Part shown: positions 9,055-19,257 of the stretch, in pieces
Layout: every line of letters starts with the position of its first letter
Numbering within the stretch: the stretch's first letter is position 1
NCBI RefSeq assembly: GCF_004010195.1
Contig: NC_057728.1
Location: forward strand, 52,739,789 to 52,759,788
DNA length: 20,000 bases
Direction of reading: 5' to 3'
Source: Chiloscyllium plagiosum
Lineage: Eukaryota
The notes under the pieces: generated by a model
What the model saw: the letters and a program-made list of their open reading frames with translations, nothing else
What the model was told of the DNA's origin: nothing
The model's database searches: none
Program-made: the position numbers and the translations under genes

Positions 9055-10685
9055 ACATAAAGATATAGTTGGGAGCAAGCCATTTGTCTCCACCAGTCAG
9101 TAAGATCTTTAACCTCAGCTTCATGGCCCCCCACGATCCCTGTATCCCCAATTCCCTTCGGACCTATTGATCTCTGACTTGAAAATAATCGATGACTGAG
9201 CCTTCACAGAGAACAGAGAATTCAAAAAATTCACCCAGCCTCCAAGTGAATAAATTCCTCCTCTTAGTCCTAATTGGCAAAGCCTTTATTTATAGACTGC
9301 CCCCACATTCTAGGTCTTCCAACCAGGAGAAACATTTGTTCCATAAGCCCTCCAACAAGCCGCAGAAGAATTTTATATCTTCCATGTAGATCAGTTCTTA
9401 TTTTTCTAAATATCAGGGAATATGGAGCCAGTCAACTCAATTTTACCTCATAGAACATTCTCTCCATTCTAGGAAATGAAACAGATATGTCTTTCCTTCA
9501 GTTATGAAAACAAAACTGCAAACACAGTATTCCAGGTCATTGCCTCACCAAAGCACTGAATCATTATAGTAAAACTTCTCTAGTCTAATACACCAACCAC
9601 TTTATGATTAAAAAGTCACTATATCCATCTGCTGGATCTGCATGCTAACATCATTTCATTCATGCATAAGGATGTCCTTGAATGGAAACACTCTCAGTTT
9701 CTCACCATTCAAAAAATATTCTACATTTTGCCTTCCCCCAAATTGATATTTTTAAACACAAAATTTTCCTTTACTCACTTGGGGATAGGAGATTCACCGG
9801 CTGGCCAGGATATATTGCTCATCCCTAGTTGCCCTTGAGATGATGCTGAACTGCTTTCTTGAATTGCTACAGTCTTTGCGCTCTAGGTAAACCCATAATA
9901 CCATTAGGGAGAGAATTTTAGGACTTTGACCCAGTGACAGTGAAGGAATGGCAATATATTTCCAAGTCAGGATGGTGGAGTGGCTTGGAGGGGAACTTGC
10001 AGATGGTGTTGTACCCACATATCTGCTGCTCTTGTCCTTCTAGATGGAAAGGATCATGGGTTTGAAAAAAGTGTTGTCTAAGGATCTTTGAGTACCTTGT
10101 AGACAATGCACACTGCTGCTACTGAGCATCAGTACTAGAGGGACTGGATGCTTGCGGGTGCTTTGTCCAGAATGATATCAAGCTATTCGAGTGCTGTTGA
10201 AGCTGCACTCATCCAGGCAAGTGGGGAGTATTCCATCACACTCCTGACTTCTGCCTTGTAGATAGTGGACAGGCTTTGGGGAGTCAGGAAGTGAGTTACT
10301 CGCCACAATATTCCTAGCCTCTGACCTTCTTTTGTAGCCACTGTGTTTATGTGGTGAGTCTAGTTTAGTTTCTGGTCAGTGGTAATCCTCAGGATGTTGA
10401 TAGTAGGGGATTCAGTGATGGTTACACCAATGAATGTAAAGGCGAAGTAGTTAAATTACCTCTTATTGCCTCACATTTGTGCAGCACACATGATACTTGC
10501 CATTCTCAACCCAAGTCTGGATATTGTCCAGAGTGAACATGGACTGCTTCAATATCTGAGGAGGCTTTATATTCTGATAAAAAGGACAAATTACATTTAT
10601 ATACTGGAAAGATGTTTGTCGAAGAATACCTCATTGCGATGCATTCTGCCATGCTCTTGCCCACTTACTCATGCTGTGCTAGTCT
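9055..10685 (-). mobile_element. Decayed CR1 in two pieces (9055-~9750 and ~10625-10685), interrupted by another LINE
   Basis: Antisense CR1 features ('cacagagaacagagaattc', 'aaactgcaaacacagtattccagg', 'ctcaccattcaaaaaatattct'). The CR1 resumes with 'tctgccatgctcttgcccacttactc' (antisense of the WARAWQ motif). Confidence 0.75.
9765..10562 (-). mobile_element. Second CR1-clade LINE family (distinct from the HER1-like CR1s), ORF2 C-terminus plus 3' UTR
   Basis: Minus strand ~10190-10268 reads TIYKAEVRSVMEYSPLAWMSAASTAL. The 3' tail is shared with the SINEs at 5170, 10770 and 11095. Confidence 0.88.
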
Positions 10686-10769
10686 ATGTTAGTCAGTTAG
10701 GCTTCGACCAGGCAGTGTCATTCACTGCTATTTGATCAAAAGCAGTCACAAGGTAACAACGAATTGGGT

Positions 10770-11000
10770 TTTTTAAATGCGTTCATGGAACATGCGCGTT
10801 GCTAGCAAGGCAAGAATTTGGCACCCATCCCTAATTTCCCTTGAACTGAATGGCTTGCTGGGTTATTTCAGAGGGGCATTTAAGAGTCACTGCATTGTTA
10901 TGAGACTGGAATCTTATTTAAAGCGAGGCCCAGGTAAGGATGAAACGTTTTCTTCTCTAATAGACATTAAAGAACCAAATGAGTTTTTAACAACCATGTA
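10770..11000 (-). mobile_element. tRNA-SINE, 5'-truncated (same family as 5170-7230)
   Basis: 'cccatccctaatttcccttgaactgaatggcttgctggg...aagagtcac...caggtaaggatg...gacattaaagaacca'. Confidence 0.8.
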
Positions 11001-11094
11001 AATGTAAGCAGATACACTACGGCGCTGGTGCCAAACAATGCTGTTTTGTGCTGTGACCCCAATAAAGTATAATAAGTCAGTGTTCAAATTGGAA

Positions 11095-11440
11095 TGTTGA
11101 GGAGACACTGGAATACTGGCAATGTCACAACACTCCAGTTACTATTCAAAGGCCCAGGCTAATGCCTTGGGTGCCTGAGTTCAAATCTACCATGGCAGCT
11201 GGGGCAATTGAATTTCAAATAATTATATGTGGAATTGAAATGGGGACCATGACTACAACAACCAATTGTTGCAAACCCATCCAGTTTACTGATGCTCCTG
11301 CCTTCTTACCTGTGATTCCCAACCCACACCAACATGATTGTCTGAAATGGCCAAGCAAGCCACTGACTTCAAATGCAATTAGGGATCAGTGACCAATACT
11401 GGCCTTGTCAGCATCATCTGCATCACATGAATGAAGAAAT
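11095..11440 (+). mobile_element. tRNA-SINE, near full length and decayed (same family)
   Basis: B-box GAGTTCAAATC at ~11177; body 'ctgaaatggccaagcaagccact'; tail 'gcaattagggat...ctggccttgtcagc...catgaatgaa'. Confidence 0.8.
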
Positions 11441-11444
11441 CCAA

Positions 11445-11895
11445 AAAGGGAGTTTGCTTGGGATTATGGGGACAGGGCATTGGGGAATGGGACTAATTGG
11501 ATGACTTTTCAATGAAGTTTTTTCCCAGGGTGGAAATGTCAAATACTAGGGGGCATAGATTTAAGGTGAGTGGGTAAAAGTTGAAATGAAATGTACAAGG
11601 CAAGTCTTTCACACAGAGAGTGGTAGGTTCCTGGATCGTACTGCACAGGGTGATGGAAGAAGCAGGTACGTTAGCAATGTTTAAGAGAAATTTAGGCAGC
11701 CACATGAATAGGCAGAGAATAGGGGATACAGACCATGTATAGGCAGATGGGATTAGATTAGAATGGCATCATGGCTGGCACAGACATGTTGGGGCCAAAG
11801 GGCCTGTTCCTGTGCTGTTGTGTTCTATGTTCTATGTAACTGGCACAGGCACTATAGTCTGAACGCCCCTCTCCCAACTTGTACTAAGTGATTTT
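11445..11895 (+). mobile_element. Older CR1 3' UTR (11445-11517 and 11838-11895) split by a younger CR1
   Basis: 'gggactaattggatgacttttcaatgaag' joins 'actggcacaggcactatagtctgaacgcccctct' into one CR1 3' UTR. Confidence 0.6.
11518..11837 (+). mobile_element. 5'-truncated CR1 3' end
   Basis: FPRVEMSNTRGHRFKV...FTQRVVGSW motifs; ends 'tgttctatgttctatgt'. Confidence 0.92.
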
Positions 11896-12044
11896 ACAAT
11901 GAAATCAAGTTTCACTGAACCAGCTGAAGCCTGATGCAAAGTCAGAACGATCACGTTCACATTAAAGCTACAACACAAAAGTACTCAATATACAGAGATT
12001 CTGTCATTGTCAGCACCAAAAACTGCAATTAAGTTAGAAGCCGT

Positions 12045-12515
12045 TGAAAATTCGCCTGATTCATTCCTTGGTTGGAGGGGTTAGATCATGAGGAAGGATC
12101 CAACGGGGCCTGTAGAGTTTAGAAGAATGAAATATATTGAAATAAATGAGATCCTGAGGGACTATGAAAAGGTGAATGCAAGAAAAGGTCTTCCTTTGTG
12201 GACTTGTCTGGAACTTGGAGAGCACAGTTTAAAGGTTAAAAGTCCTCTATTTAAGAATAAGGTGAAGAGAATTTTGTTTCTTTCAGAGGCTCGTTCATAT
12301 ATGAAATTCTCTCCCTGAGACAGCAGTGAGGCTGCATAATTAAATATTTTAGCATCTGAGTTAGGTTTTTGATTGACAAGTGAGCCAAGGATAATGGGGG
12401 GAAGCAGGTATGAGAGGTGTGCTCATAATCAGATCAATCATGATCTTAGCAAATGCTGGCAAAGGCTTGTTGAGTTGAATGGCCTATTCTTACTGCTAGT
12501 CCTTGTATTCTTATA
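12045..12515 (+). mobile_element. Decayed CR1 ORF2 C-terminus plus 3' UTR
   Basis: ORF 12088 reads EFRRMKYIEINEILRDYEKVNA...HSLKVK...FKNKVKRILFLS; 3' UTR 'atcagatcaatcatgatctt...gaatggcctattct'. Confidence 0.82.
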
Positions 12516-13099
12516 TAATTCAACTTAACTTCATACTGTTTTGCCTCACCGAAGTAACACGCTGGAAATCAAGCCCTGTTACTCCCATGTCACAAAAGTT
12601 AAAAACTTTTTAAAAGTACACAAAATTCCCCAATTTAACTGTTTTTACACCCAAGATGTCAGAAAGCACAGAACAAGAATGACATTTATTGCAAATAAAG
12701 GGATTCTTATTACAGATAACCAACTATGAACCACCACCACTAGCACCAACATATAACTCTACCCTAACCCCTTTATAAAAATTCATCCTTCACGCATATA
12801 CAGACAGACATAGACATCAGAATCGTGGTGCTATTGGTGGTGGGGAAGACTGGGAAAGCCGTGCAATGGCCCCTATTCATAAGATTCACTAAAATGATCC
12901 CTTTAGTTTGTCATGATGTGTTACTTCTTGGTCTTTCTTCTCCAGGATCATTCACTTGCTTACAGGAGATACAGGATGACTGGTTCATATTTGTAAAGTC
13001 TCTGATTTATTGGGTAAAAGCCACAGCCTGTACCAACTGTTAAGGGGAAATAAACTGGCTTTCCTCAGGCATTTGTACTGAGAGAAATTGATACCTCTT

Positions 13100-15870
13100 T
13101 CATTGGAATTATAGAGATGTACAACACGAAAACAGACCCTTTGGTCCAACTCATCCATGCTGACTGGGCATTCCAACCTAATAAGTTTTAAATATTGCAA
13201 TTGTACCAGCCTTCATCACTGCCTCTAGTAATTTATTTCATACACGCTCCACCCTCTGCATAAAAAAGTTGCTCTAGACACCTTTTATGTCTTTCCCCTC
13301 TCACCCTAAACCTATGTCCTCTAGTTCTGGACTCTCCACCCCAGGGAAAAGACCTTGTCTATTTACCCTATCCATGCCCCTCATGATTTTATAAACCTCC
13401 ATAAGATCACTCCTCAGCCTCTGATGCTCCAGGAAAACAGCCCCAGCCTATTCAGCCTCTCCCTATAGCTCAACCTTGGCAACATCCTTGTATATCTTTC
13501 CTGAACCTTTTCAAGTTTCACAACATCCTTCATATAGGAGTGAGACCAGAATTGCACAGAATATTCCAAAAGTGGCCTAACCAATGTCCTGTACAGCCGC
13601 AACATGATCTCCAAACTCCTATGCTCAATACTCAGACCAATAAAGGAAAGCATACCAAACGCCTTCTTCACTATCCTATCTATGTGTGACTCCACTTTCA
13701 AGGAATAATGAATCTGCACTCCAAGGTCTCTTTGTTCAGCAATACTTCCCAAGACTTCACTATTAACTGTATATGTCCTGACCCGGATTGCCTTTCCAAA
13801 TGCAATACCTCACATTTATCTAAATTAAACTCCATCGGCCAATCCTCGACCCATTGGCCCATCCGATCAAGATCCTGTTGTAATCTGAGGTAACTTGCTT
13901 CGCTGTCCACTATACCTCCAATTTTGGTGTCATCTGCAAACTTACTAACTATACCTCTTATGTTCACATCCAAATCATTTATGTAAATGACAAAAGCAGT
14001 GGACCCAGCACCGATTCTTGTGGCACACCATTGGTCACAGGCCTCCAGTCTTAAAAGTAACCCCTCACCACCACCCTGTCTTCTACATTCGAGCCACTTC
14101 TGTATCCAATTAGCTAGTTCTCCTTGTATTCCATGAGACCTAATCTTACTAACGAGTCTACCATGAGGAACCTCGTCGAACACCTTACTGAAGTCCATAT
14201 AGATCATGTCCACTGCTCTGCCTTCATCAGTCTTTTTTTGTTTCTTCATCAAAAAACTCAGTCAAGTTAGTAAGACATGATTTTCCACACACAAAACCAT
14301 GTTCACTATCCCTAATCAGTCCTTGCTGGAAAAGAGCAGCAGGTCAGGCAGCATCCAAGGAGCAGGAGAATCGACATTTCAGGCATTTCTCAGCTCAGAT
14401 CTCCAGCATCTGCAGTCCTCACTTTCTCCTAATCAGTCCTTGCCTATCCAGATACATGCAAATCCTGTCCCTGAGGATTCCCTCCAACAACTTGTTCACC
14501 ATCGATATTAGGCTCATTGGTCTATAGTTCCCTGGTTTTTCCTTACCACCTTTCTTAAATAGTGGCACAATGTTAGCCAACCTCCAGTCTTCCAGCACCT
14601 CACCTGTGACTATTGATGATACAAATATCTCAGCAAAGGGCCCAGCAATCATTTCCATAGCATCCCACAGTGTTCTAGGGTACACCTGATCAGGATCTGG
14701 GGACTTTTTATGCATTTTAAGACAACCAGCACCTCCTCCTCTGCAATATGGACATTTTTCAAGATGTCACCATCTATTTCCCCACATTCTATATCTTCCA
14801 TGTCCTTCTCCACAGTAAACACTGATGCAAAATACTTGTTTAGTATCTCCCCCATCTCCTGCGGCTCCACACAAAGGCTGCCTTGCTGATCTTTGAGGGG
14901 CCCTATTCTCTCCCTAGTTACCCTTTGTCTTTAATTTATTTATAAAAACTCCTTGAATTCTCCTTAACGCTATTTGCCAAAGCTATCGCATGTCCCCTTT
15001 TTGCCCTCCTGCTTTCCCTCAAGTATACTCCTACTACCTTTGTACTCGAAGGTTTCACTCGATCTCTGCTATGCCTGACATATGCTTCCTTTTTTTTCTT
15101 GATCAAAACCTCAATTTCTCAAGTCATCCAGCATTCCCTACACCTACCAGTCTTGCTCTTCAGCCTAACAGGAACATACTGTCTCTGGACACTCATTATT
15201 TCATTTTTGAAGGCTTCCCATTTTCCTTCCGTCCCTTTACCCGAGAACATCCGCCTCCAATCAGCTTTTAAAAGTTCTGGCCTAATACTGTCAAAATTAG
15301 CCTTCCTCCAATTTAGAATTTTAACTTTTAGATTTGGTCTGTCCTTTTCCATCACTATTTTAAAATGAAAGAATTATGGTCACTTGCCACAAAGTGCTCG
15401 TACACACTTAACAAATTCCCCTCTGTCTAAACTCTTAACACTATAGCAGTCCCAGTCTATGTTTGGAAAATTAAAATCCCCTACCATAACCAACCTATTA
15501 TTCTTACAGATAACTGAGATCTCCTTACAAATTTGTTTCTCAATTTCCCGCTGACTATTGGGAGATTCTATAGTACAATCTCAATAATGTGATCATTTTT
15601 TTCTTATTTCTCAGTTCCACCCAAATAACTTCCCTCGTTGTATTCCCAGGAATATCCTCCCTAAGTACAGCAGTTCTGCTATGCCTTATCAAAAATGCCA
15701 CTCCCTTCCTCTCTCGCTCCACTTTCTATTCTTCCGTAGCATTTGTATCCTGGAACATAAAGATGCCACTCCTGTCCATCCCTGAGCCATACCTCTGTAA
15801 TTGCTATGATATCCCAGTCCCATGTTCCTAACAATGCCTGAGTTCATCTGTCTTCCCTGTTAAGCCTCTT
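13100..15870 (-). mobile_element. 2.77-kb CR1 LINE: nearly complete but frameshifted ORF2 (APE endonuclease plus reverse transcriptase) and 3' UTR
   Basis: Endonuclease start (WDWDIIAITEVW) at ~15780-15830; LNWRKANF (15119 ORF); PLFKKGGKEKPGNYRPMSL (14419 ORF); YMDFSKVFD and KFADDTK (13698 ORF); RPLLEYSVQFW (13414 ORF). Candidate TSD CCTCTT at 13094-13099 and 15865-15870. Confidence 0.97.
14327..14427. mobile_element. Penelope-like-element terminal-repeat fragment with internal inversion, inserted in CR1
   Basis: Perfect 16-bp direct repeats CCTAATCAGTCCTTGC at 14311-14326 and 14428-14443. Insert sequence matches the abundant shark Penelope-associated repeat as I recall it. Confidence 0.85.
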
Positions 15871-16529
15871 GTATCCTCAGCCTGGCTCCAGTTCATGTGT
15901 TGTATCCTCCTCCACTGACTGAACAAAACAGCAGTACCAACAGCTTGCATTAATCCTTTCCACAATCTTTTGCTTTTAAAACAATCCTTTCCCTATTTCA
16001 GTCCACCATCAAAAATACAGAAAAATAAGAAGTCCAATACAAACTGATGAGTGATCTCCCTTGTATATCTCCCTTGTTCTTGGTATAACAGGACTTAAAT
16101 GCTACTCTTCCACTCATCTCAATTATTACAGATCAAAATAGAGTGCGTTTCCAAACACCGGTTAAGTGAGCTAAGTGTTAGCAGCTCCATACAGATACCT
16201 ACCATGTTGTTAAGCCAGGAATTGGCAATCGGAGATCTGAAGCAGTTGAGAGCTTGGGTTAAGAAGTTGGTATCTGGTAGCTGTATTGCTGGGACGTTTT
16301 TAAAGCTTGAATTCTTTTGAAACACTATAGTGCCAGTTTGACCCCTGGGCATGGAATCAAGCTTGTGTTATACAGGGAATAGTTCTGCATCATGTCAGAC
16401 AGCCTCTGGGTGGAGAATCAGCAGAGTTTGGCGTGATCTCTTGATAGAGGCTCTCATGTCTTTTTTTACCTTGTTAGTATTCGTTAATACTGCGAATCAT
16501 TTATATAATGTGCACATACTTACTGAGAT

Positions 16530-17611
16530 GAGTCCTGCCACACTAAGTTGTAGTGATCAACAAATAAACAACTCACTGGGGGAGACTCCACAAATATCCG
16601 CATCATAAACAATGGGGCAGCCTGGCACATCAGTGTAAAAGATAAGGCTGAAGCATTTGCAACAATCTTTACTAAGAAATGCTAAGTGGATTAACAATCG
16701 GAGCTTCCACCATAGATCCACAGCATCAGAGATGTCAGTCCTTGCAATTTCAATTCATTCCATGTGACATGAAGGAATGGTTACTGTAAAGCCTAAGGGC
16801 CTTGACAACATTCCAGCAATTGTACTTAAGACTCATGCGCCAGAACTTGCCATTCTACTAGCCATGCTGTTCCAATACAGCTACAGCATTGACATTTACC
16901 CAACAGAGTGGAAAATTGTCCAGTTATGTCCTCTAGACAAGAAGCTGGATAAATCTAACATGGCCAATTCTGACCCATTCAGTTTAATTCAATCATCAGT
17001 AAAGTTGCAGCTACAGCAACATCATAATCTGGGTTCAAATATGGACAAAAGAGTTGAATTCCAGAGGAGATTGACTGCTTTTGACATCAAAGCCACATTT
17101 GATGGAGTGTGGCATCAAGGAGCCTTAGCAAAACTGGCGACAATGGGAGTAAAGGAAAAAACTCTTCATTGATAGGCGTCATGCCCGGCACAAGGGAAGA
17201 TGTTTGTGATCGTAGCTCAAGGACATCTCTGCAGGGGTTTCTCAGGATACAGTCCTGGGCCGAACCATTCAGCTGCTTCATCAGTGGCCTTCCCTCCATC
17301 ATAAGATCAGAAACGGGGGTTTTTCACTGATGATTGCAAAATGTATACACCACCATTTGCGACTCCTCCATGTCCAAATGCAACTCTGTTGGGCTGACAA
17401 GTGGCAAGCAACATTCACGCCACACAAAATGCCAGGCAATGACCATCATCAAGAAAAATGAATCAACATTGACTTCAAATACAATGGCATTCCCATCACG
17501 GAATCCTCCACAATTAACATCCTGAGAGTTATCATTGCCCAGAAACTGAATTGGTCTAGCCATAGAAATCCAATGGATTTAAGAGCAAGTCGGAGTTACA
17601 GAATCTTGCAA
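16530..17611 (+). mobile_element. Second CR1-clade LINE family, decayed RT region
   Basis: ORF 16777 reads GLDNIPAIVLKTHAPELA...YPTEWKI...AFDIKATFDGVWHQG; FTDD (FADD) at ~17323. Its 3' part (17480-17600) is homologous to the minus-strand copy at 10320-10430. Confidence 0.9.
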
Positions 17612-17815
17612 TGCCAAAAGGAGGAATGATGGCAATAATCTACTCCAACCGTAAGCTATCAGTGGTTAGTAGCCAGGGATCACATCATTGCATAACATGA
17701 TGACAAGAGAAGCATTTTTGGAGACAAAGTTAGTCACACTTTAAGAGCATTGTTGTTTTAAGGAAAACTCAGCTCGTCCGTCAGCCATGAAGGTATTTAC
17801 ATGGACGTCAGTCAG
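17612..17815 (+). repeat. Candidate 5' LTR and primer-binding site of the Gypsy element
   Basis: '...gtatttACA|TGGacgtcag' at 17801/17802 has the LTR-end/PBS pattern, about 1.1 kb upstream of gag. The LTR start is not clear. Confidence 0.3.
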
Positions 17816-18921
17816 CACAAACTTTGGAAGCAGCAGATGCTCAGTTGCTGACTCAGTTTCTTTTTCTTCCATTCTATTTCCAAGGTGGAAATGCAGCCAG
17901 AATTCTACAAAAAGAGTATAGAGAGCCAGGGTTGGAGACAGTGAGTTAACTTGAGTCAAAGGGAGCAGACCTGAGGTTTGGCAGTATATCAGGAGCTCCA
18001 GCAAGAACTTAATGCCAAAGCAAAAAGGGTAGAAAAATGTGCCTGAAATTTGCAAAACTCAGCTCGGAGGTTGGAAAAATATAATGGAGAATATACCATC
18101 AAAAAAAGCATTGTTGTAATTGTGAATTGGCAGTATTAGGGTTAAATGCAAAAGTTAAAGTGGGCCACAACATTAGTTTAAGTCAAAATCAGAAGAATTG
18201 TAAACACATTTCGGAAGTACACTGCAGAAAGAGATTAACACCAGTAAAGTGTTACATAGGCAAGGAGGTTTTTATATAAATGAACAGAATAGATACATTT
18301 TCATGATGGAAAGGGCACAGATACATAATTTTATCAGGAAAAATAGGTGTGAATCAGTCCAAGAAAGGAAATGGGTCCTTACCTTCAACTTTGTTTAAAA
18401 AGACAGGTCATTTTTCAAACCGAAACAGTAAAAAGCAGGAATCCTCCACTTTGATTCCTAAAACTAAGTGAATTATACTTGAAATTTTCCTACAGTATTT
18501 AAAACAACTTATAAAACGTTTAAAAGAATTTTGCAAGTTTTATTAAAAGAGTTAGTGTATTTTTTACAACTCTAAACTTAATTTAAAATTATTTTCTTCT
18601 AATTTTAAAAGTAGAACAGCCTATACAAAAGAAAAGATTTAACAGCTGGAAACAGTTAATCACTACAGAAAAACCAGAAAATAAGATTTAAAGCTGTATT
18701 ACATAAAATGGCATTCTTCCCTACTGAAACAGAAGTGACAAAGAATGGCTAATAAAGAAAATAAAGAAAACATAAATAATTTGTATATCAATTTAAAATA
18801 GAAGTACATTTCTGAGCACAAGAAGGCAAGCTTAAAAAACATCAAATTCAAAACAATATTGAAAGAATATAGATTTAAAGGATCTTTAAAATCATAAGGT
18901 TGATCAATGTATTAAAAAGGA

Positions 18922-19246
18922 ATGGAAGACGTAATGCTTTCTAGAAGAATGATGATCAGAGATTTCTCTGACCCACAGACAACAAATTGGACTTCATGGA
19001 GAAAACAATTTCTCAGATACAGAAATGCTTCAAAAGTTAAATTAAAAATTCAGAAGCAAAGAAGGTTAATACTCTTTTGTAATCAATAGGTCTTTTAGCT
19101 GACAGTGTTAGAAATAAACTGAAAATCAAAGAAGACGCAAACATTTTTGATGACATTTTAAGACTATTTGACAATTATTTTAATTTAAAAACAAACAGAA
19201 TTCTGAATTGGACAAGATTGAACTGAATATTTCAGGATTCAGGGAA
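18922..19246 (+). pseudogene. gag: Ty3/Gypsy gag N-terminal region, decayed and truncated by a CR1 insertion
   Basis: MEDVMLSRRMMIRDFSDPQTTNWTSWRKQFLRYRNASK, then a frameshift near 19050, then SEAKKVNTLL*SIGLLADSV...FDDILRLFDNYFNLKTNRILNWTRLN*IFQDSG. This fits the W..W...F.RYR.AS / VNTLLYS.G / FD.YF....N.I.ER..FN...Q..GE gag pattern. Stops at 19080 and 19224. Missed by the ORF track. Confidence 0.8.
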
Positions 19247-19257
19247 CCATATAAATA

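Larger units (their letters stand above)
12577..16090 (-). repeat. Possible solo LTR or other ~740-bp repeat (12577-13099 plus 15871-16090) split by the long CR1
   Basis: TGTTAC...ATAACA ends; minus-strand AATAAA at 12685-12690 about 110 bp from the left end; composition recalls fish Gypsy LTRs. No TSD found. Confidence 0.3.

Noticed and set aside
13414..15355. Chain of minus-strand ORFs as an operon or retron-like RT system
   Set aside because: They are frameshifted pieces of one CR1 ORF2; the context is eukaryotic.
16112..16532. 10-bp inverted match ACTCATCTCA / TGAGATGAGT as MITE ends or a third templated filler
   Set aside because: Similarity fades after 10 bp, there is no TSD, and the right copy overlaps the LINE start.
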